From Promethearchaeia archaeon (GTDB lineage: Archaea; Asgardarchaeota; Lokiarchaeia; Sigyniarchaeales; SOKP01), in NCBI GenBank assembly GCA_029856145.1, contig JAHQWK010000001.1, forward strand, positions 96,001 through 160,000: DNA of 64,000 nt, read 5' to 3'. Position 1 is the first letter of the stretch, and each line of letters starts with the position of its first letter. The notes beneath the pieces were generated by a model, which saw nothing but the letters and a program-made list of their open reading frames with translations, was not told where the DNA came from and made no database searches. Both the position numbers and the translations under genes were made by a program. Below are positions 10,273 through 19,550 of the stretch, in pieces.

Positions 10273-11460
10273 GTGATTAAAATTACAAGTCAAAATGAGT
10301 TTACAACTAAATATATTATAGAAGTTAAGTGTATCATTAAAGGTGTTGTTGAAAAGTCTGATATAGTTGGCGCTATTTTTGGACAGACTGAGGGTTTACT
10401 TTTAGATCTCGACTTGAGAGATCTTCAAAAATCAGGACGAATTGGACGGATAGAAGTAGAAACTGAGGCAAAAGAAGGGGTTTCCAAGGGGACTATTAAA
10501 GTTCCATCTTCCTTAACTAGAAAGGAGACTGCTTTATTAGCTGCAACTGTTGAAACTGTTTCTCGAGTTGGTCCATGCGAAGCAGAATTTTCTCTTATAG
10601 AAATTCGAGATGTTCGTGAAAGAAAACGAAAAAAAATCATAGAACGAGCAACAGAACTCTTAAAAGAATGGGATCAAAAATCTTTAGAACAAAGTGAAAT
10701 TGAAGAAAAAATTGATACAGATATCAAACTTGGAGAAATTATCACATGGGGGTCAGACAATCTCCCTGCAGGTCCAGAAGTAGAAAGTAACCCCAATTTA
10801 ATTATTGTAGAAGGTCGGGCTGATGTTTTAAATCTATTAAGAATAGGAGTTAAAAATACGATAGCCGTACAAGGTACTCAAATCCCCAAATCTGTAATTA
10901 AATTAGCTAAGCAAAAAAAATCAGTGACAGCTTTCGTTGATGGAGATCGCGGAGGTACAATTATTCTTAATGAACTTTTCCAAATCACTAAAATTGATCA
11001 TGTAGCTAGAGCTCCTGAAGGTTTTGAAGTTGAAGAACTAACAAGGAAACAAATGATAAAATCTTTACAAAACGCAAAACCAGCAAAAAATTTCAAAGAT
11101 GTTAAAGTAAAAGATATCAAAGAGAATGGATATGGAGGAGTTACTGGAGTACTTCAGAAGATACTAAAAAAATTTAAAATTAAAGATGAGACCATAATTC
11201 TTGATGCAATTAAGAATATAGGAGCCGGTTTTGCTATCGGGTTTAATAAGAATCTCGAGAAATTATTTGATATTCCTGTTGGAGAAATTTTCGAAAAAAT
11301 TAGAAACTTTAAAGATGCCCAATATTTAATTATTGATGGAATTCTAACAAAAAGACTACTCTCGCTTTCAATAAATATGAAAATAAAATTCATTGCAAGT
11401 AGAAATAAAGAAGAACAATTAGTTATTCCTGCGCAAATAGCAGTGTATTTTTATAAATAA
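10273..11460 (+). CDS. dnaG: Archaeal DnaG (primase-like, exosome-associated)
   Basis: GAIFGQTEGLL, GRIGRI, IIVEGRADV, DGDRGG TOPRIM, EVEEL. Confidence 0.96.
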   Translation: MIKITSQNEFTTKYIIEVKCIIKGVVEKSDIVGAIFGQTEGLLLDLDLRDLQKSGRIGRIEVETEAKEGVSKGTIKVPSSLTRKETALLAATVETVSRVGPCEAEFSLIEIRDVRERKRKKIIERATELLKEWDQKSLEQSEIEEKIDTDIKLGEIITWGSDNLPAGPEVESNPNLIIVEGRADVLNLLRIGVKNTIAVQGTQIPKSVIKLAKQKKSVTAFVDGDRGGTIILNELFQITKIDHVARAPEGFEVEELTRKQMIKSLQNAKPAKNFKDVKVKDIKENGYGGVTGVLQKILKKFKIKDETIILDAIKNIGAGFAIGFNKNLEKLFDIPVGEIFEKIRNFKDAQYLIIDGILTKRLLSLSINMKIKFIASRNKEEQLVIPAQIAVYFYK

Positions 11461-11479
11461 ATATTTTTCTTCTAAAGAA

Positions 11480-11719
11480 TCAAGTAAAAGGTAGTGCTAC
11501 AGAAAAGATTAATTGAATTATATAGGAAAGAACACCTAAAATCAAAATCCCAATAGCACATATTTTAAAAACTAAGAAATAGTCTTTTCTACTAGGTTTA
11601 TTTGCAATTTTAGCTATTCTTTTTGTATTTTGGAAAAAGTTGACTATTCTATCGTAATAACTTAGTTTTTTCTGCTTTTCGCTTGTACTATATTTTTCAT
11701 ATTTTGGGTAGGTAGACAC
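11480..11719 (-). CDS. secE: Protein translocase SecE/Sec61 gamma
   Basis: RIAKIANKPSRKDY plus single C-terminal TM; follows ftsY. Confidence 0.9.
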   Translation of the reverse strand: MSTYPKYEKYSTSEKQKKLSYYDRIVNFFQNTKRIAKIANKPSRKDYFLVFKICAIGILILGVLSYIIQLIFSVALPFT

Positions 11720-11781
11720 AAGAAAAAAGAAAGTACTGTAAGATAAAAAGTTATCTTTTAAGGAGAGTATATATCTTTAAA

Positions 11782-12672
11782 TCAAGAAAGGTCTAGTATA
11801 TTTGATATAAATATATCTCGATCAAATGGTTCTAGATCTTTATAGCTCTGTCCAGTCCCAACAAAAATTATAGATTTTTTAGTTTCAAACGAAATCGACA
11901 ATGCAGCACCACCTTTTGCATCAGCATCAAGTTTAGTTAAAATATTGGCGTCAATTCCAACATGTTTTTTAAACTCTTTTGCTTGAAAAAGAGCGTCGTT
12001 GCCCGCAAGGGAATCTCCCACAAACACCTTACAATCAGGTTGAGCAACCCTGCAGATTTTTTGTATTTCTATCATCAAGTTTTTGTCTGTAACTTGTCTT
12101 CCGGCTGTATCGACTAAAACAACATCAACATTTTTGGCTTTAGCATGTTCGATAGAATCATATGCCACTGATGCAGGATCAGATTTATATCCATGCTTTA
12201 TTACGCGGATTCCTACATTTTCCATATGATAAGACAACTGTTCGATTGCTGCTGCTCGAAATGTATCTGCCGCCGCTGCTACAATCGAAAATCCCTCTTT
12301 TTTTAAATAATGAGCGATTTTAGCCATGGTTGTAGTTTTTCCTGTTCCGTTAACGCCAAGAAAAACTATTACATAAGGCTCGTTTTTTTTTCTAATCTCT
12401 ACGAGCAAATCAAGGTCTTCTTCAGGTGTTAAGATCTCCGTGATAATTTCTTTTAATACTTCAAATAACATTTTTTGGGTTGATGTTAAGCGCCCCACTT
12501 GTTCGTTTTTAAAAGATTCAGTGATTCTATTGCATATTTCATCAGCAGTGTCGATTGCTACATCGTTGCTTAAAAGGAGTAATCTAAGTTCATTAATAGT
12601 GATATCTAACTTTTTTTCTGTTAAAGTTTTTTTAACAAATGATGAAAAAGCGTTCTTCAATTTCTCAAGCAT
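11782..12672 (-). CDS. ftsY: SRP receptor FtsY
   Basis: GVNGTGKTTT, DTFRAAAIEQL, DTAGR, TKLDADAKGGAALS. Confidence 0.97.
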   Translation of the reverse strand: MLEKLKNAFSSFVKKTLTEKKLDITINELRLLLLSNDVAIDTADEICNRITESFKNEQVGRLTSTQKMLFEVLKEIITEILTPEEDLDLLVEIRKKNEPYVIVFLGVNGTGKTTTMAKIAHYLKKEGFSIVAAAADTFRAAAIEQLSYHMENVGIRVIKHGYKSDPASVAYDSIEHAKAKNVDVVLVDTAGRQVTDKNLMIEIQKICRVAQPDCKVFVGDSLAGNDALFQAKEFKKHVGIDANILTKLDADAKGGAALSISFETKKSIIFVGTGQSYKDLEPFDRDIFISNILDLS

Positions 12673-12738
12673 TTACTTCTCCATAGATCTTTATAATTTG
12701 ATTAAAAATATAATGAGATTGAGGTAAAAAATCTACTT

Positions 12739-13158
12739 TTATGTATAACCTTTTTGAAAATTTTGAGAAATTACTTGTAGGTTTACATCTATATTTCGTA
12801 TTTGAGTTGTTATATATTGAATCTGTTGGTTGATTTTTTCAATTATTTTATCAAGATATTCATTAGCTTCATCTAAATCCTTTTCAATTACTACATCTTG
12901 TGTAACCGCTAATAAAACCTTCTCTGGTTCTTTAATAGATGCTTTTACATTTACTAATCCCCCGATTGGAACCAATATTTCATCATCTTCTTTGACTCCA
13001 TCCTTTAAATTTACTATAGTATTTTTAGTATTTATAACATTACCTAGAGAAGCATTTACGATTTCTAGTTGTCCTTGAAGCATATCACGCTGTTCCTTTA
13101 AATATCGCAATTTTATTAATTGCTCTTGATATTCTTGAGAAGGTTCCATTCTTATCAA
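12739..13158 (-). CDS. pfdA: Prefoldin alpha subunit
   Basis: EILVPIGG hairpin flanked by coiled coils; conserved synteny. Confidence 0.92.
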   Translation of the reverse strand: MIRMEPSQEYQEQLIKLRYLKEQRDMLQGQLEIVNASLGNVINTKNTIVNLKDGVKEDDEILVPIGGLVNVKASIKEPEKVLLAVTQDVVIEKDLDEANEYLDKIIEKINQQIQYITTQIRNIDVNLQVISQNFQKGYT

Positions 13159-13181
13159 ATCCTATATTTATTATTTTTTAA

Positions 13182-13409
13182 TTATTCTGATAATTCTCGA
13201 ATAAGATGATCTTGAGATTCTTCCAGACTTATTTCTTTTACTTCTTGAATGTTGATCTGACGTCTATATATCCCAATTGAAGTAATTTGACTTAATACTT
13301 TTTCAAGAGCGTCCTTTTCCTTCAAAGCTCGTACTTCTTTTCTAAACAAATATTTTTTATGATTTTTTTTGTAGTTACCAATAATTCTGAAGATTTTAAT
13401 CTCTGACAT
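13182..13409 (-). CDS. rpl18a: 50S ribosomal protein L18Ae/LX (eL20)
   Basis: FRKEVRALKEKDALEKVLS...RRQINIQEV; synteny. Confidence 0.9.
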   Translation of the reverse strand: MSEIKIFRIIGNYKKNHKKYLFRKEVRALKEKDALEKVLSQITSIGIYRRQINIQEVKEISLEESQDHLIRELSE

Positions 13410-13543
13410 AACTAATTATAACCACTATTTCAAAGCTATTAAAATAGCATAATATTCTAAAAAATATTAAATTTTGTATTTTATCAACAGTGAGAATTTA
13501 AAGAAAATTATTTTTCAAGTAAGGATAATTTATTATACAATTC

Positions 13544-14215
13544 TCATAAGTTTAACACACTTGTAATTCTCATCATTTCTGGACCTGTACAATAACTACC
13601 AAAAATCCCACTTTTATCATTAACAATTGCTCCTGAACTTAAATACGGTATACCACGATTAACTGTCGATACATCAACCTCATTGACTTTTAAAATAGAA
13701 GAAATAAATTCGATTTCTTCATCTGTTGATAAAGGATGAATTAAACAACCATAATTATTGGCTAAAGATATTGAACCAGGAAGGTAAAAGTCTGCAAATT
13801 CATAAACTACGGTCTCAACATTTAAAATATCTTCAATCTTAGTTTTGTAATTTTCCAAGAAAGAGCTAATTATTGCACCCTTATCATTACATAAGATTAA
13901 ATTTCCTAATGCATTATCGATTGATTTCAGAATTCCAATATTATATGAGTCATTCATATATGACTTTAAATTATTAAGTTCATCTTCTCGTATAATATGT
14001 GGTACAATTATTCCATATTTATTTGATGCAGTATATACTCCTAATAAATTAGAATTATTAATTGTAAGAGGGTAAAAAGGTTCCTCAAAAATTGTTTTGA
14101 ATTTTTTAAGTAAAGGGTTTATTAAAGATGATGGATAAAGAATAAAAGCATTATTCGCCGTTAAATATACTCCTATCAAGCTACGCCCAAAGATTTGGGT
14201 CCTAAGAATTGCCAT
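13544..14215 (-). CDS. eif6: Translation initiation factor 6
   Basis: IGVY, ALGNLILCND, STVNRG, GPEMMRI. Confidence 0.93.
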   Translation of the reverse strand: MAILRTQIFGRSLIGVYLTANNAFILYPSSLINPLLKKFKTIFEEPFYPLTINNSNLLGVYTASNKYGIIVPHIIREDELNNLKSYMNDSYNIGILKSIDNALGNLILCNDKGAIISSFLENYKTKIEDILNVETVVYEFADFYLPGSISLANNYGCLIHPLSTDEEIEFISSILKVNEVDVSTVNRGIPYLSSGAIVNDKSGIFGSYCTGPEMMRITSVLNL

Positions 14216-14245
14216 TTTTATGACTCTTTAAAGATCTAGAGTATT

Positions 14246-14683
14246 TTAAGCTAAATAGACGACTACTAGACCATCAATGTTCTTGGTTGCTCTCACTTTT
14301 AATTTTCTTGGTGGTTTTTGAATTGATCGCTCCCAAATCTTTTCATTTACTTCTTGAGTAATAACTAAAGATTCTGGTTTAAAATGACGCATCATATATT
14401 CTCTTAGATATCTAATTGCTTTTTTACTTCGTTTATTTCTAGGACCTTTACGTGCTTTTGCAAGTGGGATTATATATATCCTCTCATCAATGATTTCTTC
14501 TTTGGGTGCTTCTTCTTCCTCAATTTCTTCTCGTTCTTCAAAAATCTCACTTATTTCTTCTTCTTCAGAAATTTCATCTAAACTGAATTCTTCGATCTCT
14601 TCAATTTCTTCCTCAGGTTCTCCAGTATCTGCTAATTCTTCTTCTAAATCTTCTAAATTAATTTCTTTTTCTTTTTTCGCCAT
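14246..14683 (-). CDS. rpl31e: 50S ribosomal protein L31e with acidic N-terminal extension
   Basis: ERIYIIPL..RSKKAI..VNEKIWERSIQKPPRKLKVRA; first ~60 aa Glu-rich. Confidence 0.95.
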   Translation of the reverse strand: MAKKEKEINLEDLEEELADTGEPEEEIEEIEEFSLDEISEEEEISEIFEEREEIEEEEAPKEEIIDERIYIIPLAKARKGPRNKRSKKAIRYLREYMMRHFKPESLVITQEVNEKIWERSIQKPPRKLKVRATKNIDGLVVVYLA

Positions 14684-14710
14684 ATTATTTCAACTTTATA
14701 ATAAGTAAAT

Positions 14711-14872
14711 TTAATCTCGTTTTAATCTTGTATTCCGCCATGACCTTCTCGTATAAGGGCTACTACTCACTCTGCGATTTGTTTTTATTGTTACCCAATT
14801 TGGAATCGATTGACTTTGTTTCATTTTTTTTGCTCTACGTAATTTTGATCCTAAATTTTTATTACGAGCCAT
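14711..14872 (-). CDS. rpl39e: 50S ribosomal protein L39e (not in ORF track)
   Basis: Hand translation: MARNKNLGSKLRRAKKMKQSQSIPNWVTIKTNRRVSSSPYTRRSWRNTRLKRD*. Confidence 0.95.
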   Translation of the reverse strand: MARNKNLGSKLRRAKKMKQSQSIPNWVTIKTNRRVSSSPYTRRSWRNTRLKRD

Positions 14873-14892
14873 TTTCCTTACTCTTTTTTTAA

Positions 14893-15234
14893 TTATTTTT
14901 TTATATTAAATTCTTTTTTTCTTTCAAAGGAAGAAATTTGTTCTAAAAGTTTTTTAAATGCATTATCTGGCAAAGGTGTTGCACCTCTTAGTTTTCCCGC
15001 TTGAAATAGTTGAATCAATTGTATTTCTATTTGTTCAGCAAATTTAGGTTTAACCATTCGAATATTTTCTAATCTCTGCCTGCCTTCCGGTGATAATATT
15101 TTACGCATTAATTGGTATTTTTTTGTTTCAAAATCTCTTTCTTGAACTTCTGCTATTTGTTGTTGTGCTGCTTGTTGCTTTAATTCTTCTAACTTTCTTC
15201 TTCTAATTTCGTCCAAATCTTCGTCGTTACTCAC
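14893..15234 (-). CDS. PDCD5-family DNA-binding protein
   Basis: DLDEIRRRKLEEL..ILSPEGRQRLENIRMVKP..IEIQLIQL. Confidence 0.93.
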   Translation of the reverse strand: MSNDEDLDEIRRRKLEELKQQAAQQQIAEVQERDFETKKYQLMRKILSPEGRQRLENIRMVKPKFAEQIEIQLIQLFQAGKLRGATPLPDNAFKKLLEQISSFERKKEFNIKK

Positions 15235-15259
15235 TCTAAATCCCTAAATAATGCAAATA

Positions 15260-15685
15260 TTATGTTTTTTGCCTTGAAATAACGTATGCCGTTCTTTCTA
15301 ATAGACTCATTCCTTCTGCAGAAACTACTCTTCCTTCTTTTTCCTTTTTTTCAAGTAATTTTGCATTTTCTAATTGTTGCAAAGCCACTCTTACAATTTT
15401 GCCACTTCCTTTAGCAGAGTGATTGAGTCCTGGTCCTCTTCTATTTCGCCCTCCATAATACTTTCTAAGTTTATTTACACCTATTGGGCCATACTTCTTT
15501 ACTTTTCTAAGAATTGAAGCACATCTGATATACCAAAAATTCTTAGTATCTTGTGGTGCTAATTCTTTAAAAAACGCTGTTTTCCAAAATTCTGAACCAT
15601 CTGGAGGTGAAATTTCTGGATACTCCTTAAGTTTTTCCGCAATTGCCTCAATGAGCATATCTGCGTTTACTAGAAAAATCGACAT
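15260..15685 (-). CDS. rps19e: 30S ribosomal protein S19e
   Basis: WYIRCASILRK, GVNKLRKYYGG, KGSGKIVRVALQQLE. Confidence 0.96.
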   Translation of the reverse strand: MSIFLVNADMLIEAIAEKLKEYPEISPPDGSEFWKTAFFKELAPQDTKNFWYIRCASILRKVKKYGPIGVNKLRKYYGGRNRRGPGLNHSAKGSGKIVRVALQQLENAKLLEKKEKEGRVVSAEGMSLLERTAYVISRQKT

Positions 15686-15780
15686 GTTAATCTTTAATTC
15701 TATCCTTCTTTATTAAATATAATACGTTTTAAAAGTCAGAATAGATTAAAAATTTTTCGTATTTTCTGTGTTCTGGGACC

Positions 15781-16053
15781 ATGAGTTATCAAAAAGAATT
15801 TAAAAAAACTTTACTTTCACAACCACATTGCATTTTAGGCAAATATGGAGTTTCAGATGAATTTATCAGTCATGTTACCAAGTTATTAAAGAGATATAAA
15901 ATAATAAAAGTAAAAGCATTAAAGTCTGTAGCTACTAAATCGAATATAGAAGAATTAGCTCAAAAAATCGCAAAGTTAACAAACTCTTATTTAATAGATA
16001 TTAGAGGTAAAATTTTCATACTTTCTCTATATGACATTAAAAAGTTTAATTAA
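15781..16053 (+). CDS. YhbY/CRM RNA-binding protein
   Basis: ILGKYGVSDEFI..IIKVKALKS..IDIRGK. Confidence 0.85.
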   Translation: MSYQKEFKKTLLSQPHCILGKYGVSDEFISHVTKLLKRYKIIKVKALKSVATKSNIEELAQKIAKLTNSYLIDIRGKIFILSLYDIKKFN

Positions 16054-16075
16054 AATTCCTATCAAGATTATTTAG

Positions 16076-16420
16076 ATGCCTAAACGTAATAAAAATACAA
16101 AATATATTGTAAAAGAAATTGCACATTCCCGTATACTATATTTATTTCAAAAAGCTCATGAAGTTTTTCCCGAAAATAAAACTTTAGCAAATCGTTATAC
16201 GTATTTAGCAAGACGTTATGCTCAAAGAGCTAAGATAAAAATACCATTTGAATGGAAAAAACGTATATGTCATAAATGTAAAATGTTTTTATACCCTGGG
16301 CTAAATTGTAGAGTTAGAATGCATTCACAAAAAGGAAATGGGTCTCATATCTCCTTAACTTGTTTTGAGTGTAATAAAACTACAAGGTATTTCATTAAAT
16401 TAAAAAATAAAAAGAAATAA
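16076..16420 (+). CDS. rnp4: RNase P protein component 4 (Rpp21)
   Basis: IAHSRILYLF..LANRY..KRICHKC..LYPG..TCFEC. Confidence 0.93.
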   Translation: MPKRNKNTKYIVKEIAHSRILYLFQKAHEVFPENKTLANRYTYLARRYAQRAKIKIPFEWKKRICHKCKMFLYPGLNCRVRMHSQKGNGSHISLTCFECNKTTRYFIKLKNKKK

Positions 16421-16454
16421 TATTATTAATTGAACTAGTTTTAAGAAGCTAAAA

Positions 16455-17129
16455 ATGCCATTAATCTTAGTTTTAGTAGAATGCGGATTAGAATTGATAC
16501 CAAAACATATAAGAGATCATCCTGCTGTTAAGAAAAACTTGTCATCAAGGATTTATTCTTCACAACTCTTAGATAATTCCTTACATTTTTCTGCTATGAA
16601 AAACTTGAAGAATAGGGAAAAGAGAGGGCGACCTGATATAATCCATAGTTGTTTACTTAACGCTCTGGGATCCCCCCTAAATAAGAATAGAAATTTAATT
16701 ATATTCATACATACAATTAATGATAAAATTTATGAGTTCAATCCAGAAATTAGAATCGCGAGAAATTATAACCGATTCAAAGGATTAATGTCGAAATTAT
16801 TAATAGATGGTAGTATAGAAACAGGAAATTCAAAATTAATAACTCAATTTAAAGGTGATTTAAAGGAACTTATAACAAAATTTGAAGATCCTGAAGTATG
16901 TATACTTTCGAGTAAGGGTAAGTTGATAAATGAATTTAAAGATTTGTTTATAGAGGGTATAGATAAAAATTATATTGCAATTATTGGCGGTTTTCAAAAG
17001 AGTGGTTTCTCAAAAGACATTTTTAATATGTCAAAAAATTTGATTTCTATTTCCCCACACACACTAGATGCGGGGGTAGTGACCAATAGAATTATTACCT
17101 ACTATGAGCTTACTTATAGAATCCTTTAA
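16455..17129 (+). CDS. nep1: 16S rRNA pseudouridine methyltransferase Nep1/Emg1
   Basis: KRGRPDIIH, SPLNK, RNYNRFKGLM, IGGF. Confidence 0.93.
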   Translation: MPLILVLVECGLELIPKHIRDHPAVKKNLSSRIYSSQLLDNSLHFSAMKNLKNREKRGRPDIIHSCLLNALGSPLNKNRNLIIFIHTINDKIYEFNPEIRIARNYNRFKGLMSKLLIDGSIETGNSKLITQFKGDLKELITKFEDPEVCILSSKGKLINEFKDLFIEGIDKNYIAIIGGFQKSGFSKDIFNMSKNLISISPHTLDAGVVTNRIITYYELTYRIL

Positions 17130-17191
17130 AATCACTAAAGTTAAAAGAAATGATGAATTTTTTATCATACACTAATTTCTAAATTTCGTAA

Positions 17192-17284
17192 GCGCGATTA
17201 GTCTAGTGGTTAGGATCTCGGCCTTCCATAGGTAGAACTAACTGAAGATAGCCGATGACCCGGGTTCAATTCCCGGATCGCGCA
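17192..17284 (+). tRNA. tRNA-Gly(TCC) with canonical 37/38 intron (17229-17249, 21 nt)
   Basis: GCGCGAT/ATCGCGC acceptor; TCGGC-CT-TCC-A[intron]A-GCCGA; CCGGG-TTCAATT-CCCGG; CTTC/GAAG BHB helix. Confidence 0.93.
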
Positions 17285-17571
17285 TTTATAACCTTTTAAA
17301 CTCATTTAAGAAGGGATTAAACATTAATAAATCTTCGTGAAAGGATGGTTTCACGATCTATTGTTTTTGTATAAAAATTATTTTTTTATTATTTCAAAAT
17401 ACAAAAAGTTAAATATACAAGTTTGTATGTTACTGTTGAAAAAACGCCCGCTAAATACATTCCATTTCCATATTAGATCACTTCAAAATTTGTATTAAAA
17501 AGGCGTTTTTTCTCTTATTTTGAATTTTCATATACGTCTCGTTCATTAATCTTAAATTCTTTATTTTATTA

Positions 17572-18738
17572 TTGACCAATACTAAAACAATAATCATTAT
17601 AATGGTCAAGTACATTTATCAAGAGTTTAAATCGGTCTTAAATAAATTAAAATTTCCCGATTCATGGTTTTGGGCTCGATATACTTTAAACACATATTCT
17701 GGATGTGCTCATGCTTGTATATATTGTGATGCTCGAAGTGAACGATACTATATAGAGGATTTTGAAAATGAAGTAATTATAAAGACTAATTTCGATAAAA
17801 AACTGGATCAGAGACTTAAAAGAGCTCGTACATTATTGCCTGATGTTATTGCTCCCGGTGGTGTAAATGACGCTTATCAGCCTATAGAAAAAAAGATTGA
17901 ACATACTAGAAAAGTTTTGGAAGTCATAGCAAAACATAAATATCCGATTAATATTGCTACGAAGTCAAAGCTAGTCACTCGGGATATTGACATTCTTAAA
18001 AAAATTGCAGACGACACGTGGTGTACTGTAGGTTTTTCAATAAGCACTACTGATGAAGAACTAGCTGAATTTTTAGAGCCTTATTCATCCTCTCCTTCTG
18101 AAAGATTAGAAGCATTAAAGATCTTAAAAAAGGAAGCACCTCATATTCAGGTAGGTACATATTTTATTCCAATTATTCCATTTTTAGCCGATGATGATGA
18201 AAATCTAGAGAATATAATAAAGCAATCTAATAACGCTGGAGCTGATTTTGTATTATTTTCACCTGGCTTAACTATGCGTGATTCTCAAGCTAAATATTTT
18301 TTAAAAAAATTAAAAGAAAGTAATTATAAACATGTTGTTAAACCGCTACTTGAATTGTTTAAAGGTCAGATGCATCCCCCCTCAGAATATCATAAAAAAT
18401 TTAATAATAAGTTATGGAATTTATGTCAAAAATATAAAGTCAATGTGCGAGTAAAACGTTGGATTCCTTCAGACTTCCGTAAATGGAATTATAAACTATC
18501 AGAATTACTCTTAAATAAAGAGTATATAGATGCATTAAAAACAGGTAAATCGAATAAAACTCTAATGTGGGCAGGATTAAACCTTAATAACCTAGAAGAA
18601 TCGATATTAGATGTTTATAAGAGAGGTGAATTGCACACTATAAAAAACTTTAATCCCAAAATAATTGAAATTATCGAACCTTACTTAGAAAAAAGTAAAG
18701 AATTAAAACAAAAAAAGGGGTTAGAAAAATTTCTATGA
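17572..18738 (+). CDS. SPL-like radical SAM DNA-repair protein
   Basis: NTYSGCAHACIYCDAR, DAYQPIE, TKS..RDIDIL, EP....ERLEAL; start likely 17602. Confidence 0.85.
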   Translation: MTNTKTIIIIMVKYIYQEFKSVLNKLKFPDSWFWARYTLNTYSGCAHACIYCDARSERYYIEDFENEVIIKTNFDKKLDQRLKRARTLLPDVIAPGGVNDAYQPIEKKIEHTRKVLEVIAKHKYPINIATKSKLVTRDIDILKKIADDTWCTVGFSISTTDEELAEFLEPYSSSPSERLEALKILKKEAPHIQVGTYFIPIIPFLADDDENLENIIKQSNNAGADFVLFSPGLTMRDSQAKYFLKKLKESNYKHVVKPLLELFKGQMHPPSEYHKKFNNKLWNLCQKYKVNVRVKRWIPSDFRKWNYKLSELLLNKEYIDALKTGKSNKTLMWAGLNLNNLEESILDVYKRGELHTIKNFNPKIIEIIEPYLEKSKELKQKKGLEKFL

Positions 18739-19478
18739 TAAAGAAAATAACCCAAGAAATAATTGAAGAATTGAAAAAAACTGCTCCTAAATTAACTCCC
18801 GAACAGATTAAAAGGAGGAATAAAATACTGAATTCTGATAATCCTAAATTTATTGGCTACGGCCATAAAATCTCTGAAATAGAAAAACTCACAAAAAAGA
18901 TATATAAAAAATATCAATGTAACTATGAAGATTCCCTTGTTATCTTTAAAAATCTTGTTAGCTCCAATATTCATGAAGTTAAATTTGCCAGTATCTTTTT
19001 TCTGAACCATGTGAAAGGTAATTTTAATCAAGCTACAATTGATATCATTGAGGATGCGTTTTCTAAATACTGTGATACATGGGCATTTTGTGATAGCAGC
19101 TGTATTAGAGTTATCGGACCATTTCTCGGAAAAAAGAATAACCAAATCTTAGCTGATAGGACTATTGATAAATGGTCTAATTCTGAAAATCTATGGATTA
19201 GACGAGCGTCACTGGTAATTTTACTTAAGATTATTATGATTAAAAAAGAATTTAACGATGGGTATGTTTATGAATTTGTTGAGAAAATGCTTAAATATCC
19301 TGAGGATTACATTCAGAAAGGAATTGGATGGCTCTTAAAAACATGTTCAAAATATAATCCAGATTTAATTTTCAAATACTTAATGAAAAATAAAGGAAAA
19401 CTCTCCCGTTTGATCCTTAGATATGCAAGTGAAAAATTATCAAAAGAAAAGAGAGCAAAAATCCTACTCTTTGATTAA
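18735..19478 (+). CDS. AlkD-family DNA alkylation repair protein
   Basis: DTWAFCD, WSNSENLWIRRAS, YIQKGIGWLLK; overlaps upstream stop. Confidence 0.88.
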   Translation: MIKKITQEIIEELKKTAPKLTPEQIKRRNKILNSDNPKFIGYGHKISEIEKLTKKIYKKYQCNYEDSLVIFKNLVSSNIHEVKFASIFFLNHVKGNFNQATIDIIEDAFSKYCDTWAFCDSSCIRVIGPFLGKKNNQILADRTIDKWSNSENLWIRRASLVILLKIIMIKKEFNDGYVYEFVEKMLKYPEDYIQKGIGWLLKTCSKYNPDLIFKYLMKNKGKLSRLILRYASEKLSKEKRAKILLFD

Positions 19479-19550
19479 TTTATTTTAACACTTATAGATT
19501 TATGTCGAAAATATTATAAACTAAACATCGTTTAATACAAACTAACCTCT

